64,000 bases of DNA from an uncultured Methanoregulaceae archaeon (GTDB lineage: Archaea; Halobacteriota; Methanomicrobia; Methanomicrobiales; Methanospirillaceae). Positions 40,956 through 52,475 of the stretch are shown here, one piece after another. A program made the translations under genes and the position numbers. The DNA is taken from the NCBI GenBank assembly GCA_963705255.1, contig OY970061.1, positions 1,216,001 through 1,280,000 on the forward strand, given 5' to 3'. The stretch's first letter is position 1. The number at the start of each line of letters is the position of its first letter. The notes below the pieces were generated by a model, which worked only from the letters and a program-made list of their open reading frames with translations, did no database searches and was not told the origin of the DNA.

Positions 40956-43596
40956 TCAGACCTCCTCCTTTAAGATACTCTCAACAATGCCTTTGACGTC
41001 GACCGGGTCGCCAAATGCGCTCTTGGTCGGGTCGGTCCCGTCCTCGCCGTACTCGAACTGGATGATCCTGCCGCCGGTCGTCCTGACCGTGCCGTCATAG
41101 GCCACCTTGAGGTCCTGCAGCGCGTTGATCATCCGGCGCTGGAGGTAGCCGCTCTGGGACGTACGGACCGCGGTATCGACAAGCCCTTCACGGCCACCGA
41201 TGGCGTGGAAGAAGAACTCGGTCGGGTTGAGCCCGCCCTTGTAGCTGTGCTGGATGAAGCCGTGGGCGTCCGAGCCCCGGTCGCCTTTCCTGAAGTGCGG
41301 GAGGGTGCGGTCGTCGTAGCCACGAACGATACGCTCACCACGGACAGACTGCTGGCCGATACAACCGGCCATCTGCGTCAGGTTCAGCATGGAGCCACGG
41401 GCCCCGGAGACCGCCATCACGACAGCGCTGTTGCCGAGACCGAGGTGCCGGCCGGCGATCTGCCCGGTCTGGTCACGGGCCTTGCCCAGCACCTGCATGA
41501 TCTGCATCTCGAGCGTCTCCTCGACTGTCCGCCCTGGCATCGGTTCGAGCTGCCCGTCTTCGTAGATCTTGATGCGGCGGTCGACATCGAGCGCCGCATT
41601 GTTCAGCACGTCATCGATCTGCCCGTACTCGGTCTTGGAAAGGTCCTCGTCATCGATACCGAACGAGAACCCATCGAGCATGATCGCACGGATCGAGAGC
41701 TTTGTTAAGTCATCGATAAACTTTGCCGCACGCCTCATGCCCTGCTGGCGGATGACGCGGTTGACAATCTGGCCGTCGAATGCGCCGATGGCTTTCTTGT
41801 CAATGGTCCCCGACTCGAGCTTGCCGTCGATGACGCGGACGTATGCATCCCGCTCGCAGAGCTCCTTTTTACAAACATCGCAGTTCTGGCAGGAACTGGC
41901 ATGGAAGACCATGTTGAGGTGCTCTGGCAGAATTACCGAAAAGACCTGCTTGTTGCTCCAGAACTCGCTGCCATCCTCCACCTTGCCGGGTTCCGGCATA
42001 CGCTCGATGGCGGTATACCGGAGGAGATAGAGGGCTTCCTCCTTGGTGAACCAGCGGACATCGTGCGTGAGCATGAAGATACCGGAGACGTGGTCATGGA
42101 TGCCGCCGATGATGGGCCCGCCGAAACGGGGCGAGAGAATGTTCTCGTGCACGGAAAGGAGTATGGTCGCCTCAGCCCGCGCCTCTTCGGTCTGCGGCAC
42201 GTGCATGTTCATCTCGTCGCCATCGAAGTCGGCGTTGTACGGTGGGCAGACTGCCGGGTTGAGCCGGAATGTCCTGCCTTCCATCACCTTGACGCGGTGG
42301 GCCATGATGCTCATGCGGTGGAGCGAGGGCTGACGGTTGAAGAGCACGACATCGCTGTCGCGGAGCTGGCGTTCGACCGTGTAGCCGGGCTCGATCATAT
42401 CGGCGACCGTGTCGAGGTTGTCGGCACCTAGCCGGAGCCTGCGGTTGTCGGGCCGGATCACGTAATTCGCGCCGCAGGGCGAGTTGACATCAGCGCGGAC
42501 CGGGCCGGTCCGGACAATCTGCCGGAGTTCCTCGATGTTGTACGTAGTGACCCGGACCGGGATCGTCATTTCGTTTGCAACGGCCCGCGGGACACCGACC
42601 TGCGATACGGAGAGGTTCGGGTCCGGGGAGATGACCGTACGGGACGAGAAGTTCACGCGCTTACCCGAGAGCGAGCCACGGAACCGCCCGTCCTTACCCT
42701 TGAGGCGCTGCGAAAGCGTCTTGAGGGGCCGTCCGCTGCGGTGGCGGGCGGGAGGGCAGCCTGCTACTTCGTTGTCGAGATAGGTGGTCACGTGGTACTG
42801 CAAAAGTTCCCAGAGGTCCTCGATGATCAGCTGGGGGGCGCCCGCGTCCTGGTTCTCCTTGAACCGCTGGTTGATGCGGATGATGTCCACGAGCTTGTGG
42901 GTGAGGTCGTCCTCCGAACGCTGGCCGTTCTCAAGGATGATGGACGGGCGCATCGTGACCGGGGGTACCGGGAGGACGGTGAGGATGGTCCACTCGGGGC
43001 GGGCGACGTCCGGGTTGATACCGAGCGGGATCAGGTCCTCGTTCGGGATCTTCTCCATCCTGGCGCGGATGTCGGCAGGGGTGAGCTTGTGCTCCACCTT
43101 CTTGCCTTCCTCGACCATGACTTCGGAGAACGTGGTCGGTTTCTCGAAGTTGATCTTGAGCTGCTGTTCGCCGCAGTGCGGGCAGACGCGCTCCTTCTTG
43201 ACATCCTTTTCCGAGAGCAGGTCGCCGGTCTGGTCGTCCTCCGTACCGACTACCTTCTCGACTTCCTCCGGGCTCAGGAGCACGCGGCCGCAGGCACGGC
43301 AGGTGACACGCAGGAGTTTCCTAATGAGCCGCGTGTAGCCTACGTGGATGACGGGCTTGGCGAGGCTCGATGTGGCCGAAGTGGCCGGGGCACTCGCTCG
43401 CCTTCTGGTCGCAGGTCTTGCACCGGAGACCCGGATCGATGACCCCGAGGTTCAGGTCCATGAGGCCCTGGGGATAGGGAAAGCCATCGTCATCATAGGT
43501 GTCGGCCCAGATGATCTTCCGGACACTCATCTCGCGGATCTCCTTGGGGGATAACAGGCCGAACTCGATCTGTCCGATTCGTTTTGGGGATGGCAT
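40956..43596 (-). CDS. rpoA1: RNA polymerase subunit A' (one apparent +1 error at ~43364)
   Basis: NADFDGD catalytic motif; N-terminal CPGHFGHIE joins LAKPVIH if one base is removed. Confidence 0.97.
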
Positions 43597-43597
43597 A

Positions 43598-45412
43598 TTA
43601 CACCACGTCCTGTAATTTCAGCCGGGGGGCTATACCCATGCTCTTCATCTCGTCGAGCAGGAGCTTGAACGCGTAGCTCATCTCGACCGAGTAGATGTCG
43701 GTCTCGTTGCCGCAGGCAAGGCAGCGGGTCATGTTCCGCTTGCGGTCGAGCATCGCGACCATGCCGCAGTGTGCGCAGACATATTCCTGCACCTTGTCCG
43801 ACTCGTCGAGCAGGCGTTCCTTGAGGGCCATGGCGGCCCCGTGCCCGATCATGACATCCCGCTCCATCTCACCGAACCGGAGACCGCCCTCGCGGGCACG
43901 GCCTTCTGTCGGCTGGCGGGTTAAGACCTGTACCGGTCCGCGGGAGCGGGCATGCATCTTGGACGAGACCATGTGGTAGAGCTTCTGGTAGTAGATCACG
44001 CCGATATAGACATCGGCCTTGAAGACCTTGCCGGTGATGCCGTCATACATGATCTCCCGCCCGTTGTGGGAGAAGCCGAGATTCTTGAGCGAGGCGCGGA
44101 TATCAGCCTCACTCTCTCCCCTGAACGCGGTACCGTTGATGCGGCGTCCTTCGAGAGCGCCGACTTTGCCGCCGATCATCTCGAGCATGTGCCCGATGGT
44201 CATACGGCTCGGGATCGCGTGGGGGTTGATGACGAGGTCGGGTGAGAGCCCGCTCTCGGTGAAGGGCATGTCTTCCTGGTGGGTGATGAGGCCGACGACG
44301 CCTTTCTGCCCGTGCCGGGACGCGAACTTGTCGCCTACTTCCGGGACACGCAGGTCGCGGGTCCGCACTTTCACGAGACGGGAGCTGTTCTCGCCTTCAG
44401 TGATGATGACCGTGTCGACGATACCGTGCTCGTTGCTGCGCATCGTGACGGAGGTGTCGCGGCGCTTCTCGACGGCAATGAGCTCCCCCGACGGTTCTTC
44501 CAGGAACCGGGGCGGGGAAGTCTTGCCGATCAGCACGTCCTTCTCGGCAACAACGGTCTCGGGGTTGATCACCCCGTCTTCATCGAGGTTCTTGTACGAG
44601 TCGGCACCATGGGCGCCGGCCACGTCCTCTTCGGGGACCTCGATCCGGTCGATCTGGCCGCCCGGGTACCGCCGTTCTTCGCCTTCATAGGTACGGAAGA
44701 AGTGCGAGCGCCCGAGGTCACGCTCGATGGATGCCTTGTTGAAGATGAGGGCATCTTCGATATTGTAGCCTTCGTACGAGAGGATGGCGACCACGAAGTT
44801 CTGTCCCGCCGGGCGGTCGTCCGACCCGATCAGTTCCGAGGTCTGGGTATGGGTGAGCGGCTTCTGCACGTAATGGAGCAGGTGTCCGCGGGTGTCCGGG
44901 CGCAGCTTCATGTTGGCTGCACCGAAGCCGAGCGCCTGCTTGACCATCCCTGCGCCCATCGTGACACGCGGGCTCGCATTGTGCTCCGGGAACGGGACGT
45001 GGGCAGCGCCGATACCGAGGATCAGGGAGGGGTCGATCTCGAGGTGCGTATGGCCCGGGGTCGCGTTCTCCGGGTTCATCGCGACGAGGAGGTCCTCTTC
45101 CTCTTCCGCATCGATGAACTCGATCATCCCCCGCTGGACGAACGAGAGGATGTCGGTCTCTTTCTTCGCCAGTTTCTGGAGGTCCTCTTCCGTGATGAGC
45201 GGTTCGCCGTTCTTCAGCACGATCAGGGGGCGGCGGGCGCGGCCCCGGTCGGTGAGGATCACGACATCCCCGTTGTATTCCTTGTGCGAGACGTTCACTT
45301 CCGGGGATATTGCCCCCTGCCGTCGCATCGTCCGGATGTTTGCAACCAGTGCCTTAGGGTCGTCGACAAGACCGATGAGGGCGCCGTCAACGAATACGCG
45401 TGACTTCTTCAT
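43598..45412 (-). CDS. rpoB1: RNA polymerase subunit B'
   Basis: [24 protein letters not shown]-terminal Zn ribbon. Confidence 0.97.
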   Translation of the reverse strand: MKKSRVFVDGALIGLVDDPKALVANIRTMRRQGAISPEVNVSHKEYNGDVVILTDRGRARRPLIVLKNGEPLITEEDLQKLAKKETDILSFVQRGMIEFIDAEEEEDLLVAMNPENATPGHTHLEIDPSLILGIGAAHVPFPEHNASPRVTMGAGMVKQALGFGAANMKLRPDTRGHLLHYVQKPLTHTQTSELIGSDDRPAGQNFVVAILSYEGYNIEDALIFNKASIERDLGRSHFFRTYEGEERRYPGGQIDRIEVPEEDVAGAHGADSYKNLDEDGVINPETVVAEKDVLIGKTSPPRFLEEPSGELIAVEKRRDTSVTMRSNEHGIVDTVIITEGENSSRLVKVRTRDLRVPEVGDKFASRHGQKGVVGLITHQEDMPFTESGLSPDLVINPHAIPSRMTIGHMLEMIGGKVGALEGRRINGTAFRGESEADIRASLKNLGFSHNGREIMYDGITGKVFKADVYIGVIYYQKLYHMVSSKMHARSRGPVQVLTRQPTEGRAREGGLRFGEMERDVMIGHGAAMALKERLLDESDKVQEYVCAHCGMVAMLDRKRNMTRCLACGNETDIYSVEMSYAFKLLLDEMKSMGIAPRLKLQDVV

Positions 45413-46977
45413 CAGGCCTCACCCCGGATATGCTCGACACCAAGGTTATGCAGGATGCGCATGATCTCTTCCTCGTCGTCGACACCCTTGCTGATCTCCA
45501 CCATCTGGGCAAAGTTCTTGACAAGACCGCAGTTCGGCCCTTCGGGGGTCTCGCTCGGGCAAATCCGGCCCCACTGGGTCGGGTGCAGGTCACGGGCCTC
45601 GAAGTGGGGCTGTGAGCGGGAGAGCGGGGAGATCACGCGGCGGAGGTGCGAGAGCACGGCCATGTGGTCGACCCGGTCGAGGAGCTGCGATACCCCGGTC
45701 CTCCCGCCAACCCAGTTGCCGGTGGCGAGCGGGTGGAGGAGGCGTTCGGTCAGGACATCGGCACGCACGGCAGTCGCAATGGACAGGTCGCGGTGGCGCA
45801 TGCTCGCCCGTTCGAGCTGGTACTTGATGTCGCGGGTAAGGCGGTTGAGGGAGATACGGAAGAGGTCCTCCATCAGGTCGCCCGCGAGTTTCAGCCGCTT
45901 GTTCGAGTAGTGGTCCTTGTCATCGATCCTGCGCTTGTTCAGCACAAGATCGAAACATGCCTCTGCCATGCGGCCGAGGAAATGGGCCTTTGCGAGCCTG
46001 ACGGAGAGGACTGCTTCCTGGTAGCCCTCGTCGCCTTCCTTGAGGTTTGCCGGCAGGGAATAGTTGAGGTGCGGCAGGAGGTAGTTGTCCAGCACGAACT
46101 CGGCCCTCTTGCGCTGGTAGTCCCGGGTCTGGTTCGGCGCAAGCTTCTTGCCCACGTACATGATGCCGCCTTCGACCGAGTCACACTCGCTCTCTTCAAG
46201 GTTCTGCATCATGAACGTCAGGATGTCCTCGTCGGTCGAGACTGCGTTGACGACTTCCTGGTCATTGGTCATACCCAGCGCCCGCATCAGGTCCACGAAT
46301 TTCAGGTGCCCGGCAACCGACGGGAACGAGACCTCGAGCAGGTTCTTCTTGTTCCGCTCCACGACAACCAGTGCACGGTAGCCGCGGAACTGCGAGAACA
46401 CCTTTGCGACATAGATGCGCTCATTGTACCGCTCGGTGAACTCGGTCATGATCTTGTTGGACGCGAGGTCCTCAAGCGTCATGAGCACGCGCTCGGTCCC
46501 GTTCACGATGAAATACCCGCCCGCGTCGAACGCGTCCTCGCCATGGGCGACGCGCTGTGCATCGTCCATGCCGTAGAGGTTGCAGGCCAGCGATCCGACC
46601 ATGATGGGGAGCTGCCCGATCGTGGTGACGATCGGTTCCTCCCGGTCACTGCCATGCACGAGGGTCAGGCCCAGCTGGATCGGCGCCGCATAGGTAAGGT
46701 TACGAAGACGGGCCTCGCTGGGATAGAGTTCTCCCTGCGAACCGTCCGCTTCCCGAACAAGTGGTTTTTTCACCTCGATAGTGCCGAGCTCAACCCAGAC
46801 CGGTTCATTGTTCTTGCCCCTGTTTTCGATGTCGGTCTCGATGACCCGCTGCTCGTTTACCACTTTCTGGAGATTGTGCTTCAGGAAATAATTGAAGGAG
46901 TCAAGCTGGTGGCGCGCAACATGCTCCCGTGAAAAATATGCCCTCGATAAGATACTTCTGTCAATCAGACTGACCAA
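45412..46977 (-). CDS. rpoB2: RNA polymerase subunit B''
   Basis: [36 protein letters not shown]. Confidence 0.97.
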   Translation of the reverse strand: MVSLIDRSILSRAYFSREHVARHQLDSFNYFLKHNLQKVVNEQRVIETDIENRGKNNEPVWVELGTIEVKKPLVREADGSQGELYPSEARLRNLTYAAPIQLGLTLVHGSDREEPIVTTIGQLPIMVGSLACNLYGMDDAQRVAHGEDAFDAGGYFIVNGTERVLMTLEDLASNKIMTEFTERYNERIYVAKVFSQFRGYRALVVVERNKKNLLEVSFPSVAGHLKFVDLMRALGMTNDQEVVNAVSTDEDILTFMMQNLEESECDSVEGGIMYVGKKLAPNQTRDYQRKRAEFVLDNYLLPHLNYSLPANLKEGDEGYQEAVLSVRLAKAHFLGRMAEACFDLVLNKRRIDDKDHYSNKRLKLAGDLMEDLFRISLNRLTRDIKYQLERASMRHRDLSIATAVRADVLTERLLHPLATGNWVGGRTGVSQLLDRVDHMAVLSHLRRVISPLSRSQPHFEARDLHPTQWGRICPSETPEGPNCGLVKNFAQMVEISKGVDDEEEIMRILHNLGVEHIRGEA

Positions 46978-46985
46978 CCCCGGAA

Positions 46986-47237
46986 TTACTTCTTCGGTCT
47001 CTTGATCGCGAGACGGTACGCCTCGGCTCTGCCAGCCGTATGACTCGTCCGGATAATTCGTATTACATCATCGGCATTTGCGCCGATGGCCTTCACTGCA
47101 GGATCGTCATGGTAAATTTTCGGTAATTGTTCCGTAGTGATGTTGTAGCGGGAGAGCAGCTCCGATACTTCCTCCTCGCTCATGATCTTGTGGTCTGGCA
47201 CCATCACGTGCTTCAACACATTCAGTTTGGTGCTCAA
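46986..47237 (-). CDS. rpoH: RNA polymerase subunit H
   Basis: HVMVPDH, QLPKI..DDP, SHTAG..EAYR. Confidence 0.96.
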   Translation of the reverse strand: MSTKLNVLKHVMVPDHKIMSEEEVSELLSRYNITTEQLPKIYHDDPAVKAIGANADDVIRIIRTSHTAGRAEAYRLAIKRPKK

Positions 47238-47313
47238 TGAAAAACCCCCTCACAGATGAATAGATTTCCTCTCAAATGCATCACCGCAAAAAACCCACGA
47301 TTTCTCGTGGCAG

Positions 47314-47387
47314 CGGGCCCGGAGGGATTTGAACCCCCGACCACCTGGTTAAAAGCCAGGCGCTCTACCGAACTGAGCTACGAACCC
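47314..47387 (-). tRNA. tRNA-Lys (TTT)
   Basis: Reverse complement GGGTTCGTAGCTCAG...CCTGG-CTTTTAA-CCAGG...GGTTCAAATCC. Confidence 0.96.
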
Positions 47388-47501
47388 AAGGGTACTGACT
47401 AAGATGTACAGCATTATAACAATGCCAGAAAACTATATAAAGATTCTCTCTGCACTCCCGGATTACTTCAGACTGGGTCGGGACAGGAGTACCGGATCCT
47501 T

Positions 47502-48132
47502 TCAGGACGGCGGGGGAAAGCGGTCATGGATCTCTTTCACGCGGAGTTCATCAGTATGGATCTTGTCTTCGAGCTTTTTGATTGCAGCCATATCCTCCGC
47601 TGACACTTCCTTCCCGGAAAGGTGCATGCCGCTTGCATTTTTAAGGACGACGAGCAGGTTTTTGTCAACATCGATGCTCTTCCTGAGCGCAGAATACTCA
47701 TCGACGAGACTCGTGTCAAAGCCGGCATCCTTTGCCACCAGCGCTTCGGTCTTCACATTGCTCCTGCGGGTAAAAATACCCTGGATCGACTCGAGGAAGC
47801 TGTGCCGGGTTGACGGGTTTTGAGACGAAATCCTCGATATTCACGCTGTGCTCTGCTGCTTCCTCCGGGGTAATCTTCTTTGCAGAGAACATAAGTACGG
47901 GGAGGTCTTTTGTTACCGGGTTTGCCTTGATCTTACCAAGCGTCTCCCACCCGTCCATGGGTTCCATCATGATATCGAGAAGGATCAGGTCCGGAGTGAC
48001 TGTGGTCAGGACTGATAACGCTTCGTCCCCGCCATGGGTCGGGATCGGTTTGTATCCTTTCCGTTTCAGAAGGGCAACAAGACCATCCACGATGTAGGGA
48101 CTGTCATCGACGATGAGGATTGTGTCATCCAC
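47502..48132 (-). CDS. response regulator receiver plus coiled-coil tail (frameshift ~47797)
   Basis: ILIVDD, DLILLDIMMEPMDG, SKP; C-terminal piece 47502..47756 parallels the neighbouring paralogue. Confidence 0.88.
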
Positions 48133-48260
48133 GGTTTTTGTACCTCACGCATTCCGGATCTGTGTCAGGAAGGGACAGGACGGCAGATAAACGTTCATAA
48201 TCCGGTTACCTGGTATCTGCATGGTTTTCAGGAGTCGGCCTGGACTACGGAAAAGGATAC

Positions 48261-48896
48261 TTATTTTGAAGATGAGCTGCCCGAGAGTTCCCCTTTTATC
48301 TGCTGCAGGCGGCTTTCCTGGAACTTGATATTCATTTCCATGCTTTTGATCGCGCGGGAGATCTCGTCACTGACCCGGACTTTCGCATCATTGAAATTAT
48401 ACGTGGTCTCGAGAATTTTCATGAGGCGTTTGTTGACGTCAATACTCTTGCTGAGGCGGGCGTATTCGGTGATGATCTCGGCATCAAATCCTGACTGCTT
48501 CGCCATGTCCATGTCGGACTTGATCGACTGTCGCCGGTTGAGCACATGCTCGATTGCATCGTAGAGCTCGCGGTGCGTGATGGGTTTTAAGACGTAGTCC
48601 TCGATATAGATTCCGTACTCCTGCGCTTCGGCCGGTGTCAGTTGTTTTGCGGTGAGCATCAGGACCGGGATCTCCTTGGTCTCGGGGTTCTCTTTTATCC
48701 TCTCCAGGGTCTCCCACCCGTCAACCGGTTCCATCATGATATCCAGCAGGATGAGATCAGGAGTGACGGTCTTCAAAATTTCCAGGCACTCCTCACCCCC
48801 GTATGCAGCCACGGTCCTGTACCCGCCCCGTTCGAGCATGGTGACGAACACATCGACAATAAAAGGGCTGTCGTCAACAACAAGGATGGTATACAT
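48261..48896 (-). CDS. response regulator receiver plus coiled-coil tail
   Basis: ILVVDD, DLILLDIMMEPVDG, LKP; helical C-terminus. Confidence 0.92.
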   Translation of the reverse strand: MYTILVVDDSPFIVDVFVTMLERGGYRTVAAYGGEECLEILKTVTPDLILLDIMMEPVDGWETLERIKENPETKEIPVLMLTAKQLTPAEAQEYGIYIEDYVLKPITHRELYDAIEHVLNRRQSIKSDMDMAKQSGFDAEIITEYARLSKSIDVNKRLMKILETTYNFNDAKVRVSDEISRAIKSMEMNIKFQESRLQQIKGELSGSSSSK

Positions 48897-49255
48897 TACA
48901 ACGCCTCCCCAATCTTCTGAGCAATTTCAAGCATCTGAGCATGGACTTTGTCAGGATCTGCAGTATCACTGATGATGGCTGCAATAAGAAAGTTTTCGCC
49001 AGCCCCCATGACAATGATAGAGGTGTCCTGCGCCCGTACGGTGACCGACATCAGGGACTTCATCTTGACGATGCTGCCGATGGATTCCGCGGATGCAAGT
49101 ATGGTGGCGGAAAGGGCCCCGAACCAGGGTTCATTCAGGTCACGGTCAAAATTTTTTCCTGCGATTATCCCATCCCGGGAAACAAGGGCACATGCTGCAA
49201 CCCCATCTATCGATCGTATCCTCTCAATGAATGAAGAGATCTTCTCTTTTAACAT
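48896..49255 (-). CDS. roadblock/LC7 (MglB-like) protein
   Basis: IDGVAACALVSRDG, FGALSATILASAE; stop overlaps the next start. Confidence 0.88.
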   Translation of the reverse strand: MLKEKISSFIERIRSIDGVAACALVSRDGIIAGKNFDRDLNEPWFGALSATILASAESIGSIVKMKSLMSVTVRAQDTSIIVMGAGENFLIAAIISDTADPDKVHAQMLEIAQKIGEAL

Positions 49256-49681
49256 GCTCCAGCTCCTGCTGCACTACCCTGTGTAATTGATAATACCAGA
49301 TGGCAACATATATACATATTGTTTTTTTGTTTTTTTGTGGTGCGCCCGTTCGGGGAAAAACGGTATGATTGACTGGGTATCGGACAATTTCTCATGGTAT
49401 CTCGATCCTTTGGTCCTGATATGAATGCGTTTGGATAATAATAAGAGTATTCCTGAAAATAGTTACTTGCCCGCCGGGAGCTGCAGACTGACAGACATGC
49501 AGGATATCCCGTTTCCGCAGGTTCAGCCGGCCTACGGGAGCCCCCGGACAGCCGGATGCTCTCCGGAATCTGGTGAATTATTACCGCCGGGTAACGTGAT
49601 GATTTCCACCGGTGGGGGCCCGCCACGCTTTTCAATATGAATAAATACCTTTTTCCCCAACAAGTTAAAATAAGAATTCTG

Positions 49682-50461
49682 ATGATCCGGTCATATACCA
49701 TCACATCCGGAAAAGGCGGTGTGGGCAAGACCACCATCACGGTCAACCTCGGTATCTCCCTTGCCCTGCTGAACCGGGAGACCTATATCCTTGACGCTGA
49801 TATCGGTATGGCCAACATGGCACTGATCCTCGGGATGGATGATGTGCCGGTCACCCTTCATGAAGTGCTTGCGGGAAAGGCCGATATCGAAAGCGCTATC
49901 TATGAAGGCCCGGCAGGTGTCAAAGTGGTGCCAAGCGGGATCTCCCTGCAGGGGTTCCAGCAGGCCGACCCGGACAAGCTGCGGGACGTTATGCGCAAAC
50001 TTGTCGACCGCTGTGAATACCTCCTCATCGACGCACCGAGCGGGATCTCAAAGGAAGGCGTTGTACCCCTGTCAGTGGCAGATGAGGTCATCCTTGTCGT
50101 AAACCCTGAACTGGCCTCGATGGCTGACGCCCTGAAGACCAAGATCCTCTGCGAAGTGATGGGGGGGCGCGTATACGGGGCTATCCTGAACCGGGCCGGC
50201 ATGGAACACACAGAGCTCCGTTCTCACAGTGTTGAGGACGTTCTGGGCGTCCGGGTCATCGACGTCGTTCCCGAAGACGCAAGTGTACGGCGGGCTGCAG
50301 CGTACAAGACCCCTTGCGTCCTGAAGTACCCCAATGCCGATGCGAGCCGGGCATTCCGGCGGATTGCCGCTCAGATCTGCGGTGTCGAATACCAGGACGA
50401 TACTGCCGGCTCCAGGCAGGAAGGGTTTGTCGACCGGCTTGCACGGGCCGTTTTCCGGTGA
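49682..50461 (+). CDS. minD: MinD-family ATPase (archaeal)
   Basis: SGKGGVGKTT, DADIGMAN, C-terminal amphipathic GFVDRLARAVFR. Confidence 0.93.
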   Translation: MIRSYTITSGKGGVGKTTITVNLGISLALLNRETYILDADIGMANMALILGMDDVPVTLHEVLAGKADIESAIYEGPAGVKVVPSGISLQGFQQADPDKLRDVMRKLVDRCEYLLIDAPSGISKEGVVPLSVADEVILVVNPELASMADALKTKILCEVMGGRVYGAILNRAGMEHTELRSHSVEDVLGVRVIDVVPEDASVRRAAAYKTPCVLKYPNADASRAFRRIAAQICGVEYQDDTAGSRQEGFVDRLARAVFR

Positions 50462-50480
50462 CACATCTCCAGGTGATACT

Positions 50481-50678
50481 ATGGCATACGAAGGATACAT
50501 GCTGGTGTTGTTCGGGTGCGTTATTGTTGTCCAGCAGTTTATCATTTACCTGATGTATGTGCGGATACGCCAGCTGCTGAACGAGGTTGATTCTATTGCG
50601 GGAAAGATAAGGATCACGGATACCGAGCTGGAAAACCTCATCGGCCGGGTCGAGGAGTTCAAGCGCGGGAAGATCTGA
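50481..50678 (+). CDS. small TM plus coiled-coil protein
   Basis: GGTGA RBS, MAYEGYMLVLFG TM, then heptad-like tail. Confidence 0.7.
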   Translation: MAYEGYMLVLFGCVIVVQQFIIYLMYVRIRQLLNEVDSIAGKIRITDTELENLIGRVEEFKRGKI

Positions 50679-50763
50679 CACTGTCCCGACCTGATCAGAG
50701 ATGGATCGTTCCTTATCGCATACGATAAGATACATAAGTGATATGCTCCAATAGTACGAGAGC

Positions 50764-50837
50764 GGGGCCATAGGGTAGCCTGGCCATCCTAGGAGACTGG
50801 GGGTCTTCTGACCTGAGTTCAAATCTCAGTGGCCCCA
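50764..50837 (+). tRNA. tRNA-Pro (GGG)
   Basis: Acceptor GGGGCCA/TGGCCCC, anticodon arm GGAGA-CTGGGGG-TCTTC, GTTCAAATC. Confidence 0.95.
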
Positions 50838-50877
50838 TTGTTTTTTCTGATTATTACACCAACGTGGTTATCATAGC

Positions 50878-51732
50878 ATGAAACTCACCGAAACGTGCAT
50901 CGACTGCCTGCTGTCGCGCGTGGTCTTTGAGTGCGAACTCGGGTCGGCTGACCCGGCCTGCACGGAGAAAGCAGTTGCTTCCTGCAGGGAGTTGCTCGAA
51001 TCCATGAAGGATTCATCCCTCCTCCACCCGCAGATTGCCAGTGCCGTGCACCGCGAGGCGTGCCGGATGATCGGGAACCCCGACCCGTTCCGGGAACTGA
51101 AACGTGCGGGGAATGCGGAGGCCCTCGGGGTCTGCAGGAAGGTCCGTCACCGGCTTGCGGGGTTCCGTGACCATGTCCTGGCAACAGTGATCGGGAACAC
51201 GTTCGATTATGCGGTCCGGGACCATGAGGTCACGTCTGACTTTTCCCGGTTTTTTGACGAAGCGTTTGAAAAAGGGCTTGACCGGGATGATACCGGAGCG
51301 ATCCTCGGGCTCTCTTCCCGCGTGGTATACCTCACGGACAACTGCGGGGAGATCGTCTTCGACCGGCTCCTCGTGGATTACCTGAAGGCCCACGGCTCGC
51401 ATGTCACGGTCGCGGTCCGGGACGCCCCTATCCTGAACGACGCAACCATGGAGGACGCTATCGCTTTCGGGTTCAACCGGGTGGCCGACTGCCTGACGAC
51501 CACGGGCGGCGGGGCGGAGATCGGCCTTGATCCGGACAAGATGCCCGCCGATCTTGCACGGGCGATCGACCAGTGCACCATCATCATCTCCAAGGGGATG
51601 GCCAACTACGAATCGCTCACGGGATATGACGACCTTCCGCCGGTCGCCTACCTGATGTGCGTCAAGTGCGAGATGATCGCGGACGATACCGGCATCCCCC
51701 GCGGCTCAAAGATAGCGGTTCTACGAAGGTAA
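50878..51732 (+). CDS. DUF89/ARMT1-like damage-control phosphatase
   Basis: CxxC start, GNTFD, DNCGEIVFD, ILNDAT, KGMANYESL. Confidence 0.92.
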   Translation: MKLTETCIDCLLSRVVFECELGSADPACTEKAVASCRELLESMKDSSLLHPQIASAVHREACRMIGNPDPFRELKRAGNAEALGVCRKVRHRLAGFRDHVLATVIGNTFDYAVRDHEVTSDFSRFFDEAFEKGLDRDDTGAILGLSSRVVYLTDNCGEIVFDRLLVDYLKAHGSHVTVAVRDAPILNDATMEDAIAFGFNRVADCLTTTGGGAEIGLDPDKMPADLARAIDQCTIIISKGMANYESLTGYDDLPPVAYLMCVKCEMIADDTGIPRGSKIAVLRR

Positions 51733-52083
51733 ACCGCCATCTTCTCATCCTCGCTTCGCTCGGAGTTCGAAGATCGCTGTTCTGCGCAGCGCTAAGAAAT
51801 GAACGCAATGTTACGAGAGATCCGGGACACAGTGCCCAAGGTTTCCGAAGAAGAACTCAAGGACACCAGCAAGCGCGGGCTGGTGACTGATAAGGAGAAG
51901 GATTGGACTGACCTGAAAACTACATGGGACCAGTTCGTCGAATAATTTTTTTAACTTTTTAGAATAACGGGCTCTATAGAAACAAACATGAATAAAAATT
52001 CAAGCAGGAACCATGAAAATCGTATAATTCAGGGATCACGGGAGGTGATCCATCTCTTACTATTGCGATGAACGCCGCCGCAG

Positions 52084-52336
52084 TCGAAGATTGATATCTT
52101 CTCCACAGCCTTCGGCTGCCCCCAACGGGGAGCCAACCGTGACCAGATGATCAGGGCTGGCTGGAGAAAATTCTCTGAAAGAGATTTTTCAACTCGCCCC
52201 CGCGGCGGATCAATGAAGGAACCTGCCAAAAAACCTTCCTGCCCCGCCGTGCTCGAAGAACCTGATGGTTCTTCTCGACTTCGTAGTTCTGACGAACCAC
52301 TCATCAGTCCAAGATTTTCTTGGGAAAATCTTCTCC
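52084..52336. repeat. REP-like multi-hairpin intergenic region
   Basis: TC-GAAGAT-TGAT-ATCTTC-TCC, CAGCC-TTC-GGCTG, GAAGAACC-TGAT-GGTTCTTC, AAGATTTTC-TTGG-GAAAATCTT. Confidence 0.65.
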
Positions 52337-52475
52337 AGTCAATCCTCACAGATGCAACGATTGACTCCTCGGAGAAGCCCTGAGGCGGGGAATTCCTCTC
52401 AAAATTTAACTATTTTGAACGATTTTCGCGGTTCTGACATGAATCAGGATGATTCATAATTATTTCCACAGAGTC

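Noticed and set aside
40956-43596. rpoA1 pseudogene, extra split or programmed frameshift
   Set aside because: Removing a single base restores the conserved HIELAKP; the gene is essential, there is no slippery site and similar indels occur across the window
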